Below are positions 38,051 through 47,516 of a stretch of 64,000 nucleotides of DNA, one piece after another. Origin of the DNA: Patescibacteria group bacterium (GTDB lineage Bacteria; Patescibacteriota; Saccharimonadia; UBA4664); the NCBI GenBank assembly GCA_028288925.1, contig JAQGHG010000012.1, positions 13,762 to 77,761 on the forward strand. The letters run 5' to 3'. The position numbers and the translations under genes are program-made. Below the pieces are notes generated by a model that made no database searches, was not told the DNA's origin, and worked only from the letters and a program-made list of their open reading frames with translations. Positions within the stretch are counted from its first letter, which is position 1. Each line of letters opens with the position of its first letter.

Positions 38051-39412
38051 GTGAGTATTACTACCGTGCGTGTCGGGGAATTTAGTCAGTACTCAAATTA
38101 CAAAATCTTCATCGCGCTCGGTGGCATGATAGCCCTGGCGCTTGTAGGCACCATCACCGCTATCTTGGCTATGACCCAGATGCTCCAGGTGCGCGAAGTC
38201 AGTCAGCATCACAACGACGCTCGCTTTCAGATGGAAAATCTCCTGACTAACCTTGAGACAGCCGAGACGAGTCAGCGCGGCTACCTTCTTACCGGCGATC
38301 AGGTCTACCTCACTCCCTATCACCAGACCACAATAAATGCCAATCGTCAATTGCAGACGCTCGGTCAGCAATCAAATGGCGCGCCCTATCACACCGACAT
38401 TCTCCGGCTCCAGAGCCTGGTCCATAGCCGCCTCGCTATGCTCGATCAGGGCATCGCGCTATACAGCGCCGGCGATATTGAGGGGTCCGTCGCCAGCCTC
38501 AAATCCGGGCAGGAGAGCGTAATATCCGGGCAGATCCGCCGCTCTGTCTCCGGTATTGAGGAGGCTCAGGCTGGGCTACTAAACCAAGGCCGGCTGAGTG
38601 TTGAATCCTTCGCCGGTCTCGCCCGGGGCGTTAGCCTAGCGACCTTGGGGCTCACGTTGCTGCTGGCTTCATTGGTGTACTACCTGTACGTGAAGGCCAT
38701 CCAAGCCGAACGTGAGCTCGACTACGCCAAGGACGAGTTTGTCTCCCTCGCATCGCATCAGCTGCGCACGCCGGCCACCGGCATCAAGTCGATCCTGGCC
38801 ATGCTGGTAGCCGGCGATCTCGGCCCGCTTGGCCAGCAGCAGAAATATTTCGTCTCCAAGGCGTTGGAGAGCAACGAGCGCGAGATCCGCATTATAGACG
38901 AGCTACTCAATGTGGCCCGGGCCGACGCCGGTCGGCTAGTCCTACGCGCCTCCGAGCTCGAGCTGGGGGCTCTCGTCGCGGCCGTTATAGCCGAGCAGCG
39001 CACAGCCATCGAGAGCAAAAAGATCACCCTTCGCTTCAAGCCAGCCGCCCGTCCCATCCATCTCGAAGCCGACGAAGAAAAACTCTTTATGGCCGTCAGC
39101 AACCTCCTAGACAACGCCCGCAAATACACCCCAGAAAAAGGCAAAATCACGGTCGCCGTTCACGAAAAACGGGGCAGCGCGTCCGTCGAAGTCACCGACA
39201 CCGGCATCGGCATCGACGAAACCGAGATGAGCCATATCTTTGACCGTTTTCAGCGAGCCCGCAATGTGTTGGGCGGCAACATCGAAGGCACCGGATTGGG
39301 TTTATACCTTGCTCGGCGCATCATGGAGTTGCATAATGGGACTATAGAAGTGAGTTCTAAGAAAGATCACGGAACAAAGTTTGTAATGACACTCCCTCAA
39401 AGGAGAACGTAA
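38051..39412 (+). CDS. sensor histidine kinase with CHASE3-like extracytoplasmic domain
   Basis: RGYLLTGD…YL.PY CHASE3 signature, H-box ASHQLRTP, GTGLGL. Confidence 0.8.
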   Translation: MSITTVRVGEFSQYSNYKIFIALGGMIALALVGTITAILAMTQMLQVREVSQHHNDARFQMENLLTNLETAETSQRGYLLTGDQVYLTPYHQTTINANRQLQTLGQQSNGAPYHTDILRLQSLVHSRLAMLDQGIALYSAGDIEGSVASLKSGQESVISGQIRRSVSGIEEAQAGLLNQGRLSVESFAGLARGVSLATLGLTLLLASLVYYLYVKAIQAERELDYAKDEFVSLASHQLRTPATGIKSILAMLVAGDLGPLGQQQKYFVSKALESNEREIRIIDELLNVARADAGRLVLRASELELGALVAAVIAEQRTAIESKKITLRFKPAARPIHLEADEEKLFMAVSNLLDNARKYTPEKGKITVAVHEKRGSASVEVTDTGIGIDETEMSHIFDRFQRARNVLGGNIEGTGLGLYLARRIMELHNGTIEVSSKKDHGTKFVMTLPQRRT

Positions 39413-39825
39413 TGTTACCCAGAGTCTTGCTAGTAGAAGATGATGATGTCATTCGCGAGATCTACGCCATGAAGTTTGAGTTGGAGGGATTTCCCACGGC
39501 CGTCGCCGAAAACGGCCAAGTCGCCCTGGAGATGGTCTCCCAGTTTCAGCCCCAAGTCGTACTACTGGACATGATGATGCCCGTTATGGGTGGGCTCGAA
39601 TTTATGGAGCGCCTCGATAAAACCGACAAGAAGAATACTCCTGACATTATTATCTTTAGCAACATCTCTGCCGCCGCCCAAATGCAGAGCGTCATGAAGC
39701 TAGGCGCCACCGACTATTGGGTAAAGTCCGACTATACGCCCGAGCGGGTTGCCGACGAGGTAGCCAAGCTCTGGAAGCACCGGCAAGTCGATGGGTTGGC
39801 CCAAGAGTCGCCCGCTGACGCCTAG
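39412..39825 (+). CDS. response regulator, receiver domain only
   Basis: LLVEDDD…VLLDMMMP…K; start overlaps the kinase stop. Confidence 0.85.
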   Translation: MLPRVLLVEDDDVIREIYAMKFELEGFPTAVAENGQVALEMVSQFQPQVVLLDMMMPVMGGLEFMERLDKTDKKNTPDIIIFSNISAAAQMQSVMKLGATDYWVKSDYTPERVADEVAKLWKHRQVDGLAQESPADA

Positions 39826-39852
39826 GCGTATTTATGGTATGGTAACTCGGTT

Positions 39853-40626
39853 ATGAAACTCCTCGACGGCCGGGACATCGCCCAATTTATTCAGCAGCGC
39901 CACCAGCAAATGGTCGCTGGTTTAGCGAATCAGCCCCGCCTGGCCATCATCCGCTCGGCCGACAACGAAGGCGCCAAGCGCTATCTCAAGCTCAAATCTC
40001 AGTACGGTGAGGAAATTGGCGCCGCCGTGGACGTTTACGCTGAGCAGCCCGGGACACTGCTTGGGCGTATTCGCCAGCTCAACGCCGACCCGCGCGTCAC
40101 CGGCATCATCATCCAGCTGCCCCTGCCCAGCGCGGAACTCACCGCCCAGGCCGTCAAGGCCGTCGACCCGGCCAAGGACGTCGACGGTCTAGGCCCGCAC
40201 AGCTCCTTCGAGACAGCCACGCCCAAGGCCGCGCTCTGGCTGCTGGCCTCCCACAACGTCGACTTGCGCGGCCGCATCGTGATAGTGGGGCAGGGGAGGC
40301 TCGTCGGCAAACCGCTCGCCGACCGCCTCGAAGCCAGCGGCCACGAGGTCGTGCGCGTCGACATCAACACCAAAGACCTCCGCGCTGAAACCATCCAGGC
40401 CGACATGATCTTTACCGGCACCGGCCGCCCCGGCCTTATCAAGCCCAATATGGTCAAAGAAGGCGCCGTCGTGGTCGATACCGGCGCGCCCCTCGGCGAG
40501 CTCGACCCCGCGCTCTACGACCGCGACGACCTCACCATCACGCCCAATCCTGGCGGCGTGGGCCCCATGACTGTCGCCAGCCTGTTCGACAACCTGCTCA
40601 TCGCGGCGCAGCAAAGAGCTAAGTAA
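39853..40626 (+). CDS. folD: bifunctional 5,10-methylene-THF dehydrogenase/cyclohydrolase
   Basis: MKLLDGRDIAQ…YLKLK…GIIIQLPLP…PGGVGPMTVA. Confidence 0.8.
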   Translation: MKLLDGRDIAQFIQQRHQQMVAGLANQPRLAIIRSADNEGAKRYLKLKSQYGEEIGAAVDVYAEQPGTLLGRIRQLNADPRVTGIIIQLPLPSAELTAQAVKAVDPAKDVDGLGPHSSFETATPKAALWLLASHNVDLRGRIVIVGQGRLVGKPLADRLEASGHEVVRVDINTKDLRAETIQADMIFTGTGRPGLIKPNMVKEGAVVVDTGAPLGELDPALYDRDDLTITPNPGGVGPMTVASLFDNLLIAAQQRAK

Positions 40627-40762
40627 GGAGGCTCCTTGGCTCAGGAGGCTCCTCGGGCCGGGAGCCTCCTCGCATTGTTAATATTCATTATAGACAAAGA
40701 CGGTTTCATCTGGTAATATCGTTCCGGTCCGCAGTTCCTCGAAATGAAGGGAAAAACGGCTC

Positions 40763-42445
40763 ATGCCGCGCAAACCCGCAAGACCAAGACCCAGAGGACC
40801 CCTGGCAACGCTCTCGAGCGTGATGCTGGGGCTCCTCCTCCTGATCGGCATCACGGCGAGCACGACGAGTCCCGCGCGGGCCGCCACCCTCTCCGCGTAT
40901 GCCTTCACGGATAGCCTAGGCATTGCCATCAGGCATGCCGACGGCACCTATGCCCAGCTCACGACCGGGACTACTCCCGATCGCAGTACCTGGGATGACC
41001 AACCCGCCATCTCGCCCAGCGGCAACAAGGTGGCCTTCACGCGCGGCCACACTCTGGCTGACGGCGTCAATCGAACCGAGATCTACACGGTGCCGATCGG
41101 AGGCGGCGCGCCTGTTCAGGTAACGAGCCTCGGTTCGTACTTCGAACGGCCCAGCTGGCTGTCCGAGACCGAGCTGATCGCGCCCTGGCTCAATCAGGGT
41201 GTCGCCTACGGCCAGGCCTATCGCATCTCGTTGAGCGATGGTTCGACCGTCAAGCTCACCGATGCCATCTGGGTCCTTTCGGCGGCAGCCTGTCACGACG
41301 GCCGGATGGCGTACGACACTGTCTCTCAGGGCGACACACATGATCTGCACGTGGCCAGCGCTACCGACGGAAGCGGTGATGTCCAGCTCACCAGCGGCAT
41401 CACGGTAAACCGAGTGGCATGGACGCCAGACTGCCGATACATCTTGTTCGACGTCTGGGATCCCGCTACCGGCCATGTGAACATGTTCACGCTGTCTGCC
41501 GCGGCCAAGCTAGGCGACAAGCCCATCCAGCTCACGACTGGCAACTACGACACCCAGGGCTCAGTCGGCAACGACTGGGTGATGGCCTATGTCCACGGCG
41601 AGACCGGGAGCGACATCTACACGCTTCCACTCGGCACCGGCAGCCAGCCGACCGCCCAGTCCAACTACCAAGGTGGAAACGAGTGGCCGGCCTTCGCAGC
41701 CGGCGATGGCAGCGTTCCGGCCCCAGCCGACTTCCCGCCGGGTAGTAGCACGCCACCGCCGAGCAAGTGCCCGACACTTCAGATCGTCGGGGTGAGAGGC
41801 TCAGGCGAAACGGCAGCGATGAATGATGGGCTAGGGCCCACAGTCGCTGCTGTGAAGACGACGATCGCTTCGAAGGTCGCCGGAACAGGCTTCCAGGCGA
41901 TCAACTATCCTGCCGTCAAGGTAAATCTGGGGGATATCCACTACGGCCCCAACTACCTCGTCAGCGTAGACAAAGGCAGGGCGGCGCTGAGCAAGTTCCT
42001 GTTCAAGTTCTTCGCGTCCTGCCCCGCGACCTATGTCGTCATCGTGGGTTATAGCCAGGGTGCTCAGGTGGCCCTTGATGCCGCCGCGGTACTGACTTCG
42101 ATGCAGCAAAAACACATTGCTGCGCTTATCGGACTCGGCGACCCCCGATTCAGCCCGAAGCAGACAGTCATCGACGACGGTGACTATGACACGAAGCTGT
42201 CGGGGTCTTACCTGAAGTTCGATTCCAAGCTTCGAGGTATTTCGGGAACACTGGCTCCTCGAACGCACAGCTACTGCACGGTAGGGGACCCGGTCTGTAG
42301 CCTGTCTTCCAAGAACCTGGCAGTCTGCGCGGCCAAGCTGGCACAAAACAAGTGCGCTCACCAGCTTTATATAGCGCGCAACTGGACTAGCCTGGCTGCT
42401 CTATGGGCGGTCAAGCATTGGAGGGGGCTGCCGAAGCTCAAGTAG
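40763..42445 (+). CDS. secreted fusion protein: TolB-like beta-propeller + C-terminal cutinase-family serine esterase
   Basis: Signal peptide; WD40-like/TolB repeats; GYSQGA nucleophile-elbow, and conserved Cys pairs (CP…C, C…VGDPVC) of the cutinase fold; about 62% GC. Confidence 0.65.
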   Translation: MPRKPARPRPRGPLATLSSVMLGLLLLIGITASTTSPARAATLSAYAFTDSLGIAIRHADGTYAQLTTGTTPDRSTWDDQPAISPSGNKVAFTRGHTLADGVNRTEIYTVPIGGGAPVQVTSLGSYFERPSWLSETELIAPWLNQGVAYGQAYRISLSDGSTVKLTDAIWVLSAAACHDGRMAYDTVSQGDTHDLHVASATDGSGDVQLTSGITVNRVAWTPDCRYILFDVWDPATGHVNMFTLSAAAKLGDKPIQLTTGNYDTQGSVGNDWVMAYVHGETGSDIYTLPLGTGSQPTAQSNYQGGNEWPAFAAGDGSVPAPADFPPGSSTPPPSKCPTLQIVGVRGSGETAAMNDGLGPTVAAVKTTIASKVAGTGFQAINYPAVKVNLGDIHYGPNYLVSVDKGRAALSKFLFKFFASCPATYVVIVGYSQGAQVALDAAAVLTSMQQKHIAALIGLGDPRFSPKQTVIDDGDYDTKLSGSYLKFDSKLRGISGTLAPRTHSYCTVGDPVCSLSSKNLAVCAAKLAQNKCAHQLYIARNWTSLAALWAVKHWRGLPKLK

Positions 42446-42460
42446 AGCGACGCACACAAC

Positions 42461-42495
42461 AATGCTGGGGGCGCATCGCGCCCCCAGCATTTATC
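42461..42495 (+). terminator. intrinsic terminator (14-bp perfect stem)
   Basis: aatgctgggggcgc-atc-gcgcccccagcatt followed by ttatcatttgt. Confidence 0.75.
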
Positions 42496-42518
42496 ATTTG
42501 TGCAGGAAAGATCGCATC

Positions 42519-42995
42519 TTACCGCTTACGTATAGTCAAAAGAATAGCAACAGGGAGAACCGACCAGAAAGCAAGCAATAGTACAGCAAGGGCAGTAATC
42601 TCACTAAACGCCGGGACTGAAGCCACACAAGATGAGCCACAATCAAGGTGCGAATATGATTCAATTATATAACTCAGCCCACTTGCGGCTAACCCACTTA
42701 CAGCTGTAATAATTAGAATGAGTTTAACGCCGCGTCCCGTCATAAGGAGGGATCCTAAAAGAGCCGGAAGAATCGACCACCCTAGGAGCGATCGAACAAA
42801 CTCATACCATTGGCGGGGTTGATCTTGTTGAACAGCGCTCAAAGCATCTCGTTGCGGAAAAGGGCCAAAAGTAAATACGACAAACAAAACCAAACAAATT
42901 AGAGAGAACCCAATGAAACCTTGGACAAACTTAGAGTACCTCTTCTCGACCATAGCCGTTATTTTAGCGCCTTCAACGACAACCGGCAACCACAC
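42519..42995 (-). CDS. hypothetical membrane protein
   Basis: 158 aa, 4 TM, low GC. Confidence 0.45.
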   Translation of the reverse strand: MWLPVVVEGAKITAMVEKRYSKFVQGFIGFSLICLVLFVVFTFGPFPQRDALSAVQQDQPRQWYEFVRSLLGWSILPALLGSLLMTGRGVKLILIITAVSGLAASGLSYIIESYSHLDCGSSCVASVPAFSEITALAVLLLAFWSVLPVAILLTIRKR

Positions 42996-43033
42996 GCCTT
43001 CTTACTAGAACTAACTATAATAAACCGTAAGAG

Positions 43034-43358
43034 ATGATATTCAACCAGGAGGATTCATCATCGCCGGGGGTTTTTAGACTGCGATCCTCGGTTCAACCCT
43101 CAAGTATCTTTTAATATCAAGGCGAAGGTCGCTCCAGGAGCCGAGGTCCTCATCAACGAGTACCCACGTTTCTTCAAGATCAAGCCCACGGCCGCGTGCA
43201 AGGCGGGCGGCATTACGTTCGACAAGTCCGACCAGATCTGGATCAACGGTGCCATCCTTCGGCTAAACCAGGTCATATCGAAGGCGGCGCACAAGGCCGG
43301 TGTAACTCCGGTTGATACACATGTATGTATAATATGCTCATGGTTATTCAAACTCTAA
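43034..43358 (+). pseudogene. small gene split by a frameshift at a G5T5 homopolymer (candidate phase-variable gene or pseudogene)
   Basis: An ATG at 43034 opens a 26-codon ORF. A 107-codon ORF (43038..43358) in the next frame has no canonical start. The junction falls in ccgggggttttt at 43066-43075. Confidence 0.3.
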
Positions 43359-43582
43359 ATTATATCTACAATAGCTTTTGGAACCCTATTATCGGGTATA
43401 CCCTACTCGCATCTCTTGTTGGAGGCCTGATACTAGCACTTTATACGGTCGTCATATTCGCAAAAAGAAAGCCCGGCGATAGATCGAAAAAATATCTTAT
43501 ATATTGGTTAATCGCATGCGCGCTGCTCTTATTTAGTTATTTCCAATTCACCCTCATGCTAGGGTCGAGTATCATGTGGTGA
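43325..43582 (+). CDS. small hydrophobic protein (2 TM)
   Basis: 85 aa, low GC, no RBS evident. Confidence 0.3.
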   Translation: MYNMLMVIQTLNYIYNSFWNPIIGYTLLASLVGGLILALYTVVIFAKRKPGDRSKKYLIYWLIACALLLFSYFQFTLMLGSSIMW

Positions 43583-43698
43583 ATTCCGGGGTGCCTATTA
43601 ATTCTTTCTGCGCTAGCGTCGATCGCAAGTGGGCCGAAAGCGACGCGCTGTAGGTGGTAATATACTCGCTTTATACTTACGCTTAAGGAAGGCGTTAA

Positions 43699-43923
43699 AT
43701 GTTTCAGACCGTATACGATCTTTACATAACCCCACTCATGCCGATTATTTGGCCCTCATTACTCGTTCTTGGTCTATTCCTGGCACCATTTGGGTTTATT
43801 TCCAGCTTTGTCGTTAAGAACCGGAAAGCTAAAACGATTCTGCGGATTGCAGGTGCTGCGGGCCTCGGCTGTCTCCTTGTGCTGGGCATTCTATTTGTCA
43901 TCAACTTCAATGTACCTTGGTAG
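43699..43923 (+). CDS. small hydrophobic protein (2 TM)
   Basis: RBS AAGGAAGG before the ATG; 74 aa. Confidence 0.4.
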   Translation: MFQTVYDLYITPLMPIIWPSLLVLGLFLAPFGFISSFVVKNRKAKTILRIAGAAGLGCLLVLGILFVINFNVPW

Positions 43924-44061
43924 GGGCAACTAACCATTTTGAAAAACGTACGACTACTACCGAGTTTAATTAGAACTACTGTTTTTATAACCCCCGTATT
44001 GCTGGGCCTGGTTCTTGTAAAAACCGGGCGATAGCTTCTCTGGATGTACTTTTCTTAACGC

Positions 44062-44451
44062 TTAACTCGCGCTCTTCGCCAACAGCGCCTTCACCCGCTC
44101 GGCCACCTGCTTCGGTGTCATCTCGGCCTTCACGATGTAGTCGTCGGCGGCCATCTTGTAGACCTTGGTAGCGGTTTCGGTGTCGCCCATGTTAGTCAGC
44201 ACCACCACTTTGGCATCGCGCCCGGCCGGCTGGCTGCGCAGGCGCTGGAGCATGTCCAGGCCGTTCATATTTGGCATCATTAAATCTAGCAAAATAATAT
44301 CGGGCGTATACGTGTCTATTAATTCTAGCCCGCTCACACCATCCGGAGCGGTCGCTACATCGTAGCCCTCGTTCTCAAACTTGGTCCGATACATTTGTAC
44401 GATCGCGATATCATCTTCGATGATGGCGACTTTGACTTTTTTAGTGCTCAT
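44062..44451 (-). CDS. response regulator, receiver domain only (orphan)
   Basis: VAIIEDD…IILLDLMMPNMNG…K; no adjacent kinase. Confidence 0.85.
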   Translation of the reverse strand: MSTKKVKVAIIEDDIAIVQMYRTKFENEGYDVATAPDGVSGLELIDTYTPDIILLDLMMPNMNGLDMLQRLRSQPAGRDAKVVVLTNMGDTETATKVYKMAADDYIVKAEMTPKQVAERVKALLAKSAS

Positions 44452-44729
44452 GCTCCAAGTATAGACACGAGTTTCCAGATAGCGCAAGCATATATTGTGA
44501 GTCATGCTCTGTAATTATCAGGTACATGAGTGAGTATTCAGATCCGAGTTCAAAATGTCAAGAATGTTCGACAATAGTGGGGTCATTATCGTCAAAAAGC
44601 TCGGCAATCCCGAACGATTGCTTATCGCGTCCCATCTTCAACAGCACAGAATTGTACCGCAGTACTTTCCAAATATTCTCTTCGGTTAGCTCCGATATTC
44701 CTCGAGATCGTTCACATCCACCTTGCGAC

Positions 44730-45845
44730 CTACTCTGCGAACTCTTTCATCATGGTGCGTAAAATCTTGAGTCCCTTCACTAGGGTAGTGTGCTTGGTAG
44801 CAAAAGCAATGCGGATGTAATCCTGACGTTTCGAGAAAGCCCGCGACGGCAGCACAATTAGGCTGCGCTTGGCCGCTTCCTCGCAAAACTCCAAATCCGT
44901 CATCCCGGACGGTAGCTGCACAAACGCGTAAAAAGCGCCGTGGGAGCCATAGATATCGAACATCGGCTCTAGATAGCGCAGTACCATATCGCGCTTCGCC
45001 CGATATTTTTTAATCAGACGCTGCGGGCTATGGGACAGCGCCGCCAGAGCCGCTTTCTCGGCAATCGAAGAATTGGAGAACACCACATACTGCTGTAGTT
45101 GATTAACCGCCTGGATAAACTCTTCGGGCCCGGCCAAGTAACCCACCCGCCAGCCCGTCATAGCATATGCCTTGGAAAACCCATTAAGCGTAACCGTGTT
45201 TTTATATACGCTTCCAATACTGAAATGCGGGGTGTTATAGGAGAAATACTCGTAAATCTCGTCAGACAAAATGGTGATATTGTGCTCTTTGGCCATTCGG
45301 GCGATTCGGCGCAACTCACGCTCCGGATAAACCGCCCCCGAGGGATTGTTAGGAGAATTAATTAGCAAGACCTTGGTCTTGGGTGTAATATGCTGCTCCA
45401 CCAATCGGGCCGTTAGCTGAAAACTTGGGTACGTATCAATCGCCACCGGCACCGCGCCGAGCATCCGCGCCAGATCAAAATAGGGAGGGAAATACGGATC
45501 AGGTATTAGAACCTCATCACCCGGGTCAAGCAAAGCTAGATAACTCAGCAAAATTCCGGTAGTAACACCAGGCGTTACCGTTACCAGATCTGGCGTTACT
45601 TTAATTTTATTTTCGCGGGTAAGCTTCTCCGCTATTGCCGCGCGGAGCTCAAAGATGCCGTTAGAGGGTGTATAACGGGTAAAATCCTGGGAAATTGCCC
45701 GAATCCCGGCGGCCTTAATATAGTCCGGAGTCGCATCTTCGGGAAATCCAATGCTTAAGTCGATAGGGTCGGGAATTTCACGCACCCGGCTAAATGCTTT
45801 ACGTATATGGCTACTATCGAATTGGGCGATGCGCTTGGCGATCAT
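44730..45845 (-). CDS. pyridoxal-phosphate-dependent aminotransferase class I/II
   Basis: NSPNNPSG motif and the GFSKAYAMTGWRVGY lysine motif. Confidence 0.85.
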   Translation of the reverse strand: MIAKRIAQFDSSHIRKAFSRVREIPDPIDLSIGFPEDATPDYIKAAGIRAISQDFTRYTPSNGIFELRAAIAEKLTRENKIKVTPDLVTVTPGVTTGILLSYLALLDPGDEVLIPDPYFPPYFDLARMLGAVPVAIDTYPSFQLTARLVEQHITPKTKVLLINSPNNPSGAVYPERELRRIARMAKEHNITILSDEIYEYFSYNTPHFSIGSVYKNTVTLNGFSKAYAMTGWRVGYLAGPEEFIQAVNQLQQYVVFSNSSIAEKAALAALSHSPQRLIKKYRAKRDMVLRYLEPMFDIYGSHGAFYAFVQLPSGMTDLEFCEEAAKRSLIVLPSRAFSKRQDYIRIAFATKHTTLVKGLKILRTMMKEFAE

Positions 45846-45965
45846 TCATTTACTATAGCCTAATTTCCAGACCCGAACCAAGCGTCTATTCGCGGTATGT
45901 GGGAGATAATCTAACTTATTAGGCTATTTTTTGTTATTATGCCTATTGTAATAGCCATACTATAA

Positions 45966-47516
45966 ATGACAGTTTCGTCAATCAAGGTTAGCAAAACCCC
46001 CTCCTTTCCGGCGTTATCAGCTCAAGCCCACCCGCTTGAGCTTCTCCGGCATCTTCGGCATGAGCCGGAGGAATACTGGCTGGCTCGGGGCGCCGAAAAG
46101 GCCATTAAGCTATTCCATGACGCGGCGGATCACGTGCCAGCCTACCGGAAATATCTCAAGGCTCAAGGCTTTAATCCCGCACTTGTGCATGATATTGGCG
46201 ATTTGGTACTTATCCCAACCACGAGCAAAGCCGGTTACCTACGGCGTTATTCGCGCCCAGAGCTATGCTGGAACGGTGATTTTCGTTCCGTCCGTTGGAC
46301 TATCTCGACCACATCTGGCTCCACCGGCGAGCCTTTTTACTTTCCCCGCACCGCCGAGCAAGACAAGCAATATGCCCTTTTGGCGGAGCTTTATTTGCGC
46401 ACAAATTTCCGTATTCATGAGCGCAGTACACTCTACATTGTGGCGTTTCCTATGGGTGCTTGGATCGGTGGACTGTTTACGTATGAAGCCGTCCGCCGGG
46501 TAGGGGAGAGTGGTGATTATGCGCTGAGTATCATCACTCCCGGGATCAATAAGTTGGAAGTAATTAAGGCGGTGCAAAATATCGGACATGATTTTGACCA
46601 GGTAATCATCGGGTCGTATGCGCCCTTTCTCAAAGACATCATCGATGACGGCCGGCGAGCTGGGCTAAACTGGGCCGATTACAATCTGGGCTTCATTTTT
46701 TCGGCCGAAGGTTTCAGCGAAACCTTCCGCGATTATGTTGCGGAAAAGACCGGTTTAACCAATATCTATACCGACACACTCAACCATTACGGCACAGTCG
46801 ATCTCGGCACCATGGCTTACGAAACACCGGTGTCGATTCTGATCCGGCGCATGGCCTTGGACCGGCCGGCTCTCTATGAAACTATCTTCAGGCAGACGGC
46901 CAAATTGCCCACCCTGGCACAATATCTGCCCGAGCAATTTTACTTTGAAGAAAGCAATGGTCAGCTCTACTGCACGGCCTCAAGCGGTTTGCCGCTCGTG
47001 CGTTACGATCTTCAAGATCTCGGCGGTGTCATCACGTACGGGCAAATGGAGCGGCACTTTGCCGACCATGGCCTAGACCTAAACGCCGAGATCCAGGCTG
47101 CCGGTCTGACCGACCTCAGCTGGAACCTGCCATTTGTCTACGTCCATGAGCGCAGTGATTTCTCGGTCTCGTTCTTTGCTTTCCAAATCCATCCTCAAAC
47201 CGTACGAAATGCCTTGGCGGGCGGCCAGCTCGCCGAAGAACTCACAGGCAAATTTACCATGACCGTGGAATACGATCTCGAAGGCCAGCAGCATCTGCAC
47301 ACCCATGTAGAGCTTAAAATCGACACGCCCGAGTCGCCCGAGCTTCACGACCGGGTGCAGCTGGCTATTGTGGAGCGGCTGCTGGCCGAAAGTTCAGAGT
47401 ATCGCCGTACCTTTGAAGAATACGGCGAGCGCGTCTATCCGCTCTTAACCTTCTGGCCCTATGAGGATCCTATCTACTTTAAACCGGGGACGAAACAGAA
47501 ATGGACGATAAAATAA
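45966..47516 (+). CDS. adenylate-forming enzyme, PaaK/coenzyme-F390-synthetase/CapK-like (ANL superfamily)
   Basis: TSGSTGEP AMP-binding P-loop; 516 aa; overlaps the next gene by 16 nt. Confidence 0.7.
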   Translation: MTVSSIKVSKTPSFPALSAQAHPLELLRHLRHEPEEYWLARGAEKAIKLFHDAADHVPAYRKYLKAQGFNPALVHDIGDLVLIPTTSKAGYLRRYSRPELCWNGDFRSVRWTISTTSGSTGEPFYFPRTAEQDKQYALLAELYLRTNFRIHERSTLYIVAFPMGAWIGGLFTYEAVRRVGESGDYALSIITPGINKLEVIKAVQNIGHDFDQVIIGSYAPFLKDIIDDGRRAGLNWADYNLGFIFSAEGFSETFRDYVAEKTGLTNIYTDTLNHYGTVDLGTMAYETPVSILIRRMALDRPALYETIFRQTAKLPTLAQYLPEQFYFEESNGQLYCTASSGLPLVRYDLQDLGGVITYGQMERHFADHGLDLNAEIQAAGLTDLSWNLPFVYVHERSDFSVSFFAFQIHPQTVRNALAGGQLAEELTGKFTMTVEYDLEGQQHLHTHVELKIDTPESPELHDRVQLAIVERLLAESSEYRRTFEEYGERVYPLLTFWPYEDPIYFKPGTKQKWTIK

